64,000 bases of DNA from Takakia lepidozioides. Its lineage: Eukaryota; Plantae; Bryophyta. The position numbers were made by a program, and so were the translations under genes. The DNA lies in contig CM060732.1 in the NCBI GenBank assembly GCA_030704615.1, forward strand, positions 17,360,001 through 17,424,000, given 5' to 3'. The notes under the pieces were generated by a model that made no database searches, was not told the origin of the DNA, and saw nothing but the letters and a program-made list of their open reading frames with translations. This document shows positions 48,112 to 59,700 of this stretch, piece after piece (the first letter of the stretch is position 1; every line of letters begins with the position of its first letter).

Positions 48112-49161
48112 TGTTAGAGGACTGTCTGGGACTAAGACACTTATACGGGATCTATAGGGTACCCTTAATTTTTGCACAGACTGAGACCAACAGGAGCCTT
48201 AGGGGTGACAGCAGCGCACTGTAGAGGGGGGTTACACAGCCGTCACAGTCGACACAGCAGTCACAGCCGACACAGCCAACATAGCCCGTCACAGTCGACA
48301 CAGTCGACACAGCAGTCACAGCCGACACAGCCAACACAGCCCGTCACAGTCGTCACAGCAGACACAGCCACACAGCCAGTCACAGCCCGACACAGCCAAA
48401 CACAGTCGCACAGCCAGTCACAGCCCGACACAGCCAAACACAGCCGCACAGCCAGTCACAGCCCGTCACAGTTTCACACAGCCAGTCACAGCTTGACACA
48501 GCTGTCACGACCATAGGGAACGGAGAGCAGGACAGGGAACGACTGTGGGGAACAACACCTGCAAATGGAACATGTTAGTTCACGGACGACGGTTAGTGAG
48601 GGAAACGGTTAGAGCCACGGGTAGGAAGATAAAGCGAGAAGCAAGGACTGAGAATGGGCCTTTTTGGGGGGATGATTTTTGGAAGCACTTCACGGGAGAG
48701 GACTTCTTGGTCATGGAGGAGAGGGGATCGGGCAGAGATGAAGAACGGAAGCGAAGATGGAGAGATGAGGAGTAGATACTTGTTATATGCAAAGCTGTAG
48801 TGATATTGTAGAGCAGATTAGAGACACAATGGCTTCGGCCTGATACCTGATAAATCATAATCGGATACTTATACGATACAATCACACTGTGTAGAGAGAT
48901 CTGAGTGAAGCTGTGGAATGAATGGATGAGTTGATGAAATCCAATAGATTGATAAAGCAAACTGATATTTAACTATCAATGGTAAGATAGCTAACATGAA
49001 TGCCAAAAAGGAAACAAATAGGAAACACCCCCATGATACACTAGCTGTAGGTCATGACTGATTGTTCTGCGCGGGCTGAGTACTTAGAGATTTCCAACTC
49101 TTCTATCTTGGAGTTTTCGCCTCGGATAGTGAAGGGATGGGTGAGTAAAAGCCGAGCGACA
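48112..49161 (+). repeat. 3' LTR
   Basis: Follows the PPT and ends CGACA before the TSD. Confidence 0.96.
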
Positions 49162-49166
49162 CATGG

Positions 49167-49850
49167 CTGGAAGGTGGCAGTTGCAATAAGTCCTGACACG
49201 ATGTTGTGGATGCGGTTTATGAACAAGCGGTTGGCGCTGAAGCAACAAGGATCTTATCTATCTCTCAAACTATTGGAAGCTACAATTGGAACCATGCAGG
49301 GAATTAAGTATAAGTGGGCAGATTTTGTTGCCACTGGAATGCACGAGGAGTTGGGTTTGAGGAAACGATTGCCCAAAATTGTACCTTTGCAGTGTAGCAT
49401 AGCTTCCCACACGGGCCGGCCGGTACGCACCCCTTCCTTCGGGTCTGCTTCTGCCAATACATCCCTGGCCTTCCGCTCTGCCAGTTCTTCCCAAAATTCG
49501 TTTGCCCACGTCCCACGAGTCTTCCAGTGCACGCCAATATATCCCTCTATAGTATGGCCACCGCATTATTGGACTTTCGTAAGGCTCGATAGACCTGCTC
49601 CGCCTTGATGTCCTGGCTTTCCCGTTGAGACTTCTTGGCTCAATACTTTTGTTCATAGGATAACGATTGTTCGTGGGCCAATGTCAGTGCGTCTTCCTTG
49701 TTCTGCAATTGACTCCTCATTTATTGCAAATTTTCCTGCATTTTGTACATCTAATCCCGGGATCCCCTTAATTCCTCCTCCTTCTCGTATAGCTGATCCC
49801 GGGCTTCTCTCAATTCCTTCTCCGTAGCCTCAAGTGTGACTTCGTACTTG
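49167..49850 (+). mobile_element. Continuation of the Gypsy B 3' extra ORF (left part ~32550-33045)
   Basis: RLALKQQGSYLSLKLLEATIGTMQGIKYKWADFV aligns with LIAMKQNQQYLSRSFMEEILKALKGQEVQWADIM in ORF 44215. Confidence 0.7.
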
Positions 49851-49989
49851 TCTGCCCTTTTGTCGTACTGGGCCAACATTTCCTTAGCTTGCTTTTCATT
49901 TCGGTCATCGTCCTCTGTATTTCTTCCAGCTGCTGCTGGGTATCCTTGCTTAGTTGCTTGTACCCTTGTCTGCTTTGTTCTTGCTCCTT

Positions 49990-50869
49990 GTTTTTTTTTC
50001 CCATCTTTTCGTAGTCATTGTATGGTTCGCCATTATTTTGTTAATAGAGAGACCTAGGCGCAGTTGGTGTAGGATCCACGCTCTCATGTCGTTACTAAGA
50101 TGAGGTGCGAGAGCATCTCGCGACTTGTCATAGGAAGGCCCGTGAACAGGAACACCATGTCTATTGACGTGGTTCTTCTGGTAGTACACCAACATAGCGA
50201 TTCCGGGACCAAGATAACACTGTTTTACTATGAATCAGCATGTACAACCTCGTTTGATGCCCTCCCCTCCTTTGTTCCTTGTTATTCTTTTGTTTTGGTT
50301 TCGGTTCGGCTATTGCAGATGTAGACGCAATTGACATGTTTTGTTGTGGTTTTTCGGAGGAGGTCGCTTCCATTTTTGGGCCGCCATATCTTTTCTGATC
50401 TGCAAAACGGCCATGGTATGGTCTGTAGGACCGTAGAGCAATGGTACCTGAAAGAGAAACGAGCATATCATTAGAGAAACGACAGAGGTTTTTGGGACAT
50501 GCCTTGTTGACCTGCATGAACCATTGGAGAAATACATGAAAGGATTGTACATAATCACCTTGTCATTTGCAAGCAGTTGTTGATCCGTGGAGCCTGCAGG
50601 GCACCTTGATGGGTGATAGATTGCCATTGTTTGGTGAACTTACAAGGGGCATCTGAGCGAGCCGACTCTCCTGCAATGAAGTCATCAACCCGATCCCATG
50701 GAACGAACGCGACATCGGCTGTCCTACAGTCAGGTGTAGCTCCGTGCCATTGGGACCTCCACGTTAGTACATGGTGTGTGAACGTGCCTGAGGAAGGGAT
50801 CTGCACCGCGGTTCGCAATTCTGTGACCAGACGAGGAATAACAACATCTGGCGATGGGTCGGTGGCCAT
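49990..50869 (-). mobile_element. 5' part of a MULE-related SWIM zinc-finger transposase-like gene (At4g13970/At1g60560-like), truncated
   Basis: AFVPWDRVDDFIAGES...PCKF, intron, YHCSYGPTDH...RGCTC.FIVK...HVNRHGVPVHGP...APHLS..MR.WI...LRLGLS..KIM..H. Confidence 0.75.
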
Positions 50870-53731
50870 GCTTGCAGTACACGAGGGTACAGTGGTTCAA
50901 AATGAAAGCAGAACGCACGTATTTGGAAGCGTAATGCCATACAAGACGGTGAGATGCAAGATTCCAATTCTTCACCTCAATGTACAGATGTCAGGGTGGG
51001 AAAAACTGCAGCCTTTTTGCATTTTCAATTTTGAAATTTGATTTTCAAATACCTTCCATAAATGATGCATGTATTCTGTGCAGTTCATGTCTAAGTTGGA
51101 TATGGATGGGGTGGATGCGTGGGTATGAGCATGCATGCATGCATGTGGACGGCATGGGGATGAGTGATCATGTAATTCGGGTATTCATGTATTGAACCGC
51201 GGTCGGCAAAGCGACCGCGGAGGGTGGCCTGGTGGGCCGTCGCTGGGGGGCCCACACATGGCTGTCAGGCATTCAACTCCCGGGGCGCTTCTATTACAAT
51301 CGACCCTGGATAAATGGTACTTGTTTTTTTGTTATATCATCATAAATGTTTTGATTTTCTTACTCTGTAAAAATATGCACTAAGAATGACAGAAAGAGTG
51401 CTATTTGTTATTTGTTATTGAATACCTACTCTCCTCTTTGTTAAAACACTTCTGTAATTGTTACATTCAATATACACCTCTAAACTAGTTGGGAGTAATC
51501 CATTCTGGCCACTAATAAATCACCTCCATGAATACCTGACCAACACTGGTGTTAACCTTACTTAACTGAGTGTTAAGTGAGTGTGTCACCAACTTTAGGG
51601 GCTGTTATTTGAATTGGAAATACCAGAAGGGTCTTGGTATGCAGTGCTATTTTTTTTTAAGGCATGTAGGTTTTCCAATAATGCAGCCCCTGAATTTCAA
51701 GTACGAATCTAGTATGCATAGGTGGTTTAAAAAAAATAAATCAATCCGGATATGAGCAATGGTATCTGAATGTCAATAACCTGGAAATATGAACTCGGAT
51801 ATGGTTTTTTAAAAATAATAATAAAATGAAAATGGTATTAGTATTCAAATTCAAATTCAATAATGAAATGGCCATTTGAATAGTCCAAATGACCCATTTG
51901 AATATTTTCTGCACTCTCTCTAAATGTTATCTTGCATCTGAAGGACCTGTTTTAATGTTAAATTTCTAATTGTTATGTTATGAAATTTCAACCTGTTTTA
52001 TTGTTATTTTGATATAACTTCCTAATTGTTATAGAGTCTATACTCTTGGAGCATAACAATTATCCAGGTTTGAGTGTATTTGGCTAACTCACCACCTCCA
52101 TCCCCTTAAACGGATAACTCTATTGTTAGCGCAACATGATGATGGAGACAAAGCCAGCAAATTATGACCCCATAAAATTACCAATTGTACACCGACTACA
52201 TGTACAGCCAATGAAAACGTATGGTTATTTCAACCCCACACGAAATCGTGACCGTTGAAAATCATCAGATTCTCCAGTAAGCGGGTCCGAGGAAGTACAC
52301 GTGGAGGGATTACGATCAGACAGGGATCACGTGTACAATCAACCAACAATCAGTGCATCTGGACCCCGCAATATGCTCAGATCTGTCTCTAATCTGGCCG
52401 TCCATGATCTCAAGTTAATGGGTTGGGATCCACGGCTCCTCCCCGTCACGTCATCCAATGACAATGAGAGGCTCCGTCCGTCTAGGGTTCGTAGGAATAT
52501 TCTATACAGTCAATCGGACCATGTTAATAGCCGGCCGGCCGTCCGTCCGTGCTCTGGCCGGGCCGGTGTGCCGCTCGTTCATCCATGATCGTCATCCATC
52601 CGACCTAATTCCGTCCATGGTTCTGGCCCCCGGAGCGGGCTTTACGTGCGGAGAACTTTTGCGTTTGACTCGGAATTACATACGTGGGAGGATCCTCTGC
52701 GCGTGCGGCAACGCGGCCAGCGCAACGCGCAAGGCCCGGACTGCCGATGCGGACGTGTCGCTCTCCGAATTGCCGGGCGGGTATCGCAGCCTCGGACCGC
52801 CACGACGCGCATGGGTTCGAATCCTTCGCCTGCCAAATGTTGGTGAAAATTAGGTTAAGACTTAAGAAATGCAAATGTGTGGCTTCTTGCAGACCCCTTT
52901 ATCGGGGTGCAGCACGCCAGCCGGGGGGGAGCACGTGGACTGAACACCCTTGTAGTGAAAAGGTGTGGGCCAATGGGAGCTCGTCTTGCACCCCCGAGGA
53001 ACAGCGAGAGGGGGAAGCACCAGACCAGCTCCTGTCCACCTTCCTGCAGACCTTCGCGCAGCTTCCATGCCCTCAGTCGCACGAATGCGCGGCCCTTTCG
53101 CGCTGCCGATGATTCTAAGCTGCCCTGCAGATTGGTAGACGGGGTCGGCTGCGGATGTTGCTTCAATTCTCACATTCCCGTCTGACATTGGGATATCGTG
53201 AATTGTGCTTGTCATAGAGAGGGGACATGGTTTGTGAAAGATGCAGGGTTCCTTACACTCGGCCGGCGTGGCTTGAGTGGAATATCTTGGTTGTGGAGTC
53301 CGTTTTCCAAGCCTTAGCTACCCCGCTTTGCATGGAGAGGAAATGATGACATTGGCTTGTTATGTGCGTGAAACCCTTGGTTGGGAAGCGCCCGCGCCAG
53401 GCTCGGTCGTTATGTCGACAGCAGGGCAGGCTGTCAAGAAACAGAGAAATAAGGGCAGGGTATCGTTTTTCAAGCTTGGATAGTTGCTCTTTTCCGAGAA
53501 GGGGAAGGGGCTTTGAAGGCAAGGTTGAACCTGTTTCCTGCAATCAGCCGTATTCGTTGTGGATAAATTCCGAGCTGATAATTCACTGCCAAATTCGTGA
53601 AGGTGGAAGCGCAGGCAACATGTGCAGCTGTCACTTGAAGTAAAATCTCTCTTGAATTTTCTTATCTCACCATCAGGTGAGTTTCACGCACTCAAAGGTT
53701 GCAGGGACGAGGCGGAGGCAGTGAATTGAAG

Positions 53732-56700
53732 ATGTGGTCGGACGGGGGTTTGCGAAGGGGTCGTCGGCTTCGAAGAGTCGGATCCACAGGCCTGGCAGCC
53801 CTATTGGATGAACAAGAGAGTGGAAATGGTGTGATCGTCGCAGCTTGCATGCACGATGAGTGCAGCAGATGGGGACTAGATCGCACTCTAGCACACGTGC
53901 TGGATTTGTCTCCCCTTGGTCAGGAGGTCTCTTTCATCACTAATGACAAAATTGACTTTGCTGCCGTACGATCATACCTCCATACACTACTGAGTGGTGT
54001 CCAAGATACACCCGATAGGCATACATCTGGTTGTGGTAAAAGGAAAGGCGTGTTTATTGATGACAGTGCCTTTGGAGATGGCGTAGTCATTATGGATAGT
54101 GAGAGCGCCTCTGGAGACATCAAATTCGACAAGGCTTTCCTGGTCCTGGAGAGCCAGACAATTTTTAGCAGCGCTCGCGCAAATACATGTGTGTGGGAAG
54201 GTCGGTGGATGTTTGAGGCCACCTTGGGAACAGCTGGAATTCAACAGCTCGGTTGGGCCACTCTCTCTTGTCCTTTCACATACGAAGAGGGTGTGGGAGA
54301 TGCAGCTGATTCTTACGCCTACGACGGTAAAAGGGTTCGGAAATGGAGTGAAAAGCACCTTCCATATGGTCAGCCCTGGGTAGCTGGGGACGTCATTGGT
54401 TGTTGCATCGATTTAGATGCAGGCCAAATTTCCTTCTACAGGAACAGTTTTCCTTTAGGCGTAGCATTTGAGGGGATTAGACCACTTGAGCCCAAGCAGG
54501 GGTACTTCCCCGCCATCTCTCTTTCCCATGGTGAGCGCTGTGAACTGAACTTTGGTGGGAGACCCTTCAAGTATCCAATTGAAGGATTTTTACCTATTCA
54601 GGCACCCCCATCTGTGAAGGCCAGTGAAACAGAACATGGGTTGTCATCATCTACTGCAAGAGCGAAGTTCCTGTTTGGATGTCTGCAGAGGCTTGTGCAG
54701 CTTGGAAGCAGGGAGGTGGTGGCTGCCATGGCCCCAGTTGACAGATTGAGGAGGTACACACCATTAACTGAGGATGATGTGGCATCAATAGGTGCAGAGA
54801 TTTGTGAATTGCTTAGGCCCTTGCTTCTAGCCCAGCAGGATGCGGAGGACACAGAGAGAACAGAAGTGATGCTACCAGGCCAGTATGCTGTATGGGGAGC
54901 ATTAGTTCCATTTTTGTTGGAGACATATAGGCAGGAAGCCCCGCATGACGCACCCAGTGTTGACCAGGCTTTGGATCTCTTGCTCCCCCATCTGGAAAAA
55001 CAAGTTGCAGATGGCTCTGTGATTGCGACTTTGATGGAAGCTCTTGCTTATGGCTGCCGAACATCCCCCTTCATGTTGGCTGATCACCCCTACACTGGTC
55101 CGTATCCATACCTGGCACTAGCATGCCACCTGCTGGAGAGGTACGACTTCATGGTTTTGTGGTGGACTTCTGAGGGGTTTGATGTATGCCTGGAGGGGAT
55201 GCTCACGAGGAAAGGTCCTAATAAAAATGATCTTGAAGCTTTGATGCCGTCTGTATGGTGGCCTGGTTCTCGGGAGGATCTTTGCTCCGAGGGTAAAATG
55301 CGACATGCTGCATCTGCTTTGTCTAGAGCAATTGCCAAGGTGAGTCATTTAATATTCAATACCTGACTTCTATAGATATTCCGACAGTTCTGGATCTTGC
55401 TGTTCCTAGTTTCAAGGCTTGAATACAGCCCTTCTGTTGTGCGGTTGAAACAAGTTTCAAACACTGGCTCATGGATTAGAAATATCTGCCCAAAACGTTA
55501 GGGGTACCTGGGTGGCAGAAAACAACAACATTTTTGCTCTCTCTCCTAACTGACTAGAAGGGACAACTTCCTTGGATGCATAGGAAAGAAGTACTCAAAA
55601 GGAGTGTGAAGGGGTCAGATTTACTGAGTAAGTGCCGTGTGGTCTACATCCTGGATTCTTGATGCAATTGCTAAAACCCCTGCCATTTGGAGCCTCTGAC
55701 CCCGGGATGAAGGTCTCGACTAAATCAACTCACGCACAGGGAAGCTAGTCTTGAAGAATTTGTAGGAAGAATGGAGATCTGCATTTTTGGAGAAATTACA
55801 GCTCTCTTTCTCCACACAAGTGGACGTGAAACTCTCCCTCATTCACCTCTTGATGCCACATAAGTAAAATATTAACTGAAAGAATTAGTACCTTTCATGT
55901 TTGAGCTACGTATTTCCTGCTGTGCAACAACGTTGACACCAAGGTCAAGAGCATTTGCAAACTTTTGCTGAATTTGTTTTGCTACATTCCTGCCCAACTA
56001 TTCAGTTCACAGGGGCTTTGGCTTCCCTGGCATAGGTAGCCAGCTCCACTTTTGGTTCAATATCTCACTAAAGTGTCCACACCTTGGACATGCTCGCTCA
56101 AATTACTCCTTTAGTGTGGGTTTCCAGCTTCAAGGTGGCAGGAATTGCTCAAACCAATGATGAATTGTACTCATAAGACGTTGTTTCCCGTAGCCTTGTG
56201 GCCATTGACCCCGCGCCCAGTTTGAGCGGGAACAAAAGGGACAGAACAGCTGACGTTGGTAGTAATACTTACCTCCATATAAAGAATTAATCCGGGTTTT
56301 CCAGATATCCTCTAGAAATCCCTTCACACAAGCATCAATCTGCTGTGTGTGATTTGCCCAAAAACTAGGCCTCAGGAGGGCCTGGGCTTTTGGCTCAGCC
56401 TCGAGACTTTCAAAGTTGGTAAACAGGGGTACAGGCACAATTCCCTTAATAGATTTGAAGAGAGCGTCTCTTTGGTGAGAGAACCCCAGACAGTGTATCA
56501 GAAAATGAATACTGTCTTCAGATTGCCCACACAACGGGCAATTGCACTCTCCCTTTCCTCTCTGCTTCTGTTTGCTGTTCAAAGGTAGGCTTCCTGCCCT
56601 GAGTTTAAATTTCAGTCTAGTGCCGAGAGTGGGTAGACCCTTGAGGTCATCCCTCCCCCATGTCACAGACTGGAAACAAGTTCAGGGAAGTTTTCTGCCT

Positions 56701-59700
56701 AACTTCATTTTCATCAGACAATCTCATGGCAACAGACATGGCTGAGGACACCACAGCCTCTAAGTCAGATTTATCCAGCAGGGTCAAGACTTGCGGATCC
56801 AGGTCCAGGTCCTTGAGGATCTCTTCTACTCTCTTCTGCCAGGACTTAGCCTGTTTGACAGGGCGGTCCTGTTTCCAAGATATAGAGTCGATTAACTTAG
56901 GATATCTGGTGTTGGGCATATGTTGCAGCTGACCCCACCATCTGACCTTGAATTCATCTCGTCGGGAGCTTAAGGACGGAATGCCAAACTCACCCCGAAC
57001 AGCCACATTGGCTGTTTTGGAGCATGCTGACATACACTCCTTAAGCACCCGCACTTGAATGGATTCTAGAGACTTAGCCTGGTTGGAGTTATCAACCCAT
57101 ATAGCAGATCCGTACTCCAAGGCAGGTCTAATAACGCGACAAAGCATGGTTTTCTTAACCTCAGAGTTGACCCCTCTGCAGTGGAAAAATTTAGTGAGCC
57201 CCAGAGCTTTGCCCTTGCCAGTTTGAACAACTTTCCGGATATGTGCATCCCAATTACAATTGGAGGAGAACTCAACGCCCAGGTAAGTGTAGGAAGGGAG
57301 GACCGGGATCTCTTGGCTACCCCACTGCCACTTAAGATCACTTCCTCCCTCTCCTCTGTCGTTGAATGCTACCATTGCACATTTGCTGACATTAGCCTCT
57401 AGCCCCCAAAGATCAAAGTATCTCTTCGCGCAATCAATCAACTCCTGGAGATTGGTTGGAGTCTCCCCTATGCCTGCGAAGTCATCCGCAAACATAAGGG
57501 CTGGTATGGTGGTATCACCCACCCTTAACCCAAATCCCTCACTTTCCACATCCTCGAGGAGTTGATTGATGAAAACATTGAAGAGCAGAGGGGAGAGAGT
57601 ACATCCTTGAGCTACACCTTGGTCTATGTTGGACTTCTGTCCGTTAACAGTGACACAGCTTTTGGTGTGAGCATACAAGTTGTGGACAACTCTCCACATC
57701 TTTCCCTTGGTCCCACAAGACCAGAGGCGGAACCATAGGCCATCTCTCCACACTGTGTCATAAGCCTTTTTGACATCCAGGAAAAAGACATAAGTGGGTT
57801 TCCCTTCTTTTTCCTTCCCTGGATAATCTGGCTTAGAGTGAAGATATGATCCACACAGCCCCTGTTTCGCCGAAAGCCAGCTTGGCCTTCGTGGAAACAA
57901 CCTCTAGACTCCAGATCAACCTCGAGACGAGTACTTATAACTCTGCAGAATGTCTTGCCAACAGCATTGAGGAGCGTGATGCCACGGTAGTTCCCCGGTT
58001 CTTCTCTGTCACCCTTCTTGTATAGATTGACAATGACCCCCTGTCGCCAGCGAAAGGGGATCATTTCAGTCTTCCAGATAAGGTTAAAGAGGAGAACTAG
58101 GGCCTCTATCATGGGATCGCCACCGTGCTTGATAAGCTCGTTGACAATACCATCAGGTCCACCAGCTTTATATCCATTTAAATGTTCAATTGCTTCCACA
58201 ATCTCAGAAGAACTAATGGGAGCATTATAAGCCATTGAAATATACTCCAGTTCATCAGGGCTGTTTTGAATGCCCTCCATTCAGCAGAAGACCCCTCACT
58301 GTTAGACCTAGAAGTTCTGCCAAGGATACTGTAGTGAGTTTCAAAGGTTTTGACAATGTCAACCGATGAAATCACCACTGCACCTTTAGTAGTCTTCAGC
58401 GCTTGTACTTGCTGACCATTTTTCGGCTTGTACAAACGTTGAAGGGCCAACCAGAATTTCTTGCTTGAGTTTATTTCACTGTATAACTTGTCCCAGTATA
58501 ATTTCTTCTGAGACCTAACAAGCTGATTGATATCTTTACGGAGCTGGTAGTACCTCGCCCACAATTCTCTGTTGGTTTCCAAATTGCAGCACTCTTTATA
58601 GAGGGCTCGTCTCTCAGCTATCTTGAGTTTAATCTCATTAGTCCACCAATTAACTGCTCTACCGCAGACAATTAGTTTCCTCCCAATGATCTTGTCAGCC
58701 ACGGAGGAAACGAAACTCTCCCAAGAGTCCACTGCTCTTTCGACTTCATTTCTTGCGTTAACAGAGCGTGACTGAAGTTCTTGGAGCGATTGGACAAAAT
58801 GAGGGAGAGCCTCTTGCAAGGCCTGGACGTACTCAGCCTTGACCTCCTCATTGTGGAATTTTTCTATGCGCCACTTCCGAATCGAACGTTTCACAGATCT
58901 CTTGGTGGTGGGAAAACACCTTTTGATCTCAGTCCAAACCAGGAAGTGGTCAGAGGTACCAATATCAGTTCTGTCGATCAACACATTGGCACACTAGGGG
59001 AACAAAATTTTGTCCATTATGATATAGTCCACAATGGAACGTTCCCCAGTTTGGGATTTCTCACGAGTCCACTGCACTTGGTCACCTCTTGTCCTGTTAT
59101 TCAAGGTCAAAAGCTGAAGCTCTTCTAGACAGTTAATTAACCGTCTGCCATTAGAATTCAGCTCGTCCTCACCAAAAGGTCCAATGATATCGTCCTGATG
59201 GATCCCTTTGCCCACCCGGGCATTGAAGTCCCCCAATAGTACCACCTGACCTTTGGCAAGGAACGAAGCACAGTCCAGCTTTACATCTTCGAAGGCCTTG
59301 TCTGCGTCAGCACTAAGGGTCCCGTCTGTGGGCATGTAAACACAACCAACAAAGAGGTCCTTTGTACTCATGCCGCCCTTCAAATTCAGTTTTAGCCAGA
59401 TACTATGCTCGTACCTCAAACCCTTGTTGATAATTTCACAATTGTCAAACAAGAAATCACGGACAAAGAATCCGACCCCTTTTTGACCGCGTTTGGCAGA
59501 GGCTGCCTTGAGAGTACACATCTTACCTGCCCATTTATAACCAATGACATCTCCAACCAGTTTATCCGACGTTTCCCATGTTTCTTGCCCAGCACAGAAA
59601 TGAAAATCATTAGTCCGAAGAACTTGTCCCACTTCAAGTTGTTTCCTTTGGTTGGTCAACCCTGAGAAGTTGAAAGTGGCCAGCCGCAAGCCAGCCCTTT

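Larger units (their letters stand above)
33046..49161 (+). mobile_element. Full-length 16.1 kb non-chromoviral Ty3/Gypsy retrotransposon (family A) inserted in the 3' extra ORF of Gypsy B
   Basis: LTRs 33046-34062 and 48112-49161. TSD CATGG at 33041-33045 and 49162-49166. PBS TGGCGACCATACTGGG at ~34065 and PPT AAGAGGGGAAGGGG at ~48095. Confidence 0.97.

Noticed and set aside
52250-53650. Short GC-rich ORFs upstream of RKP
   Set aside because: No recognisable motifs; consistent with promoter, 5' UTR and leader intron sequence.
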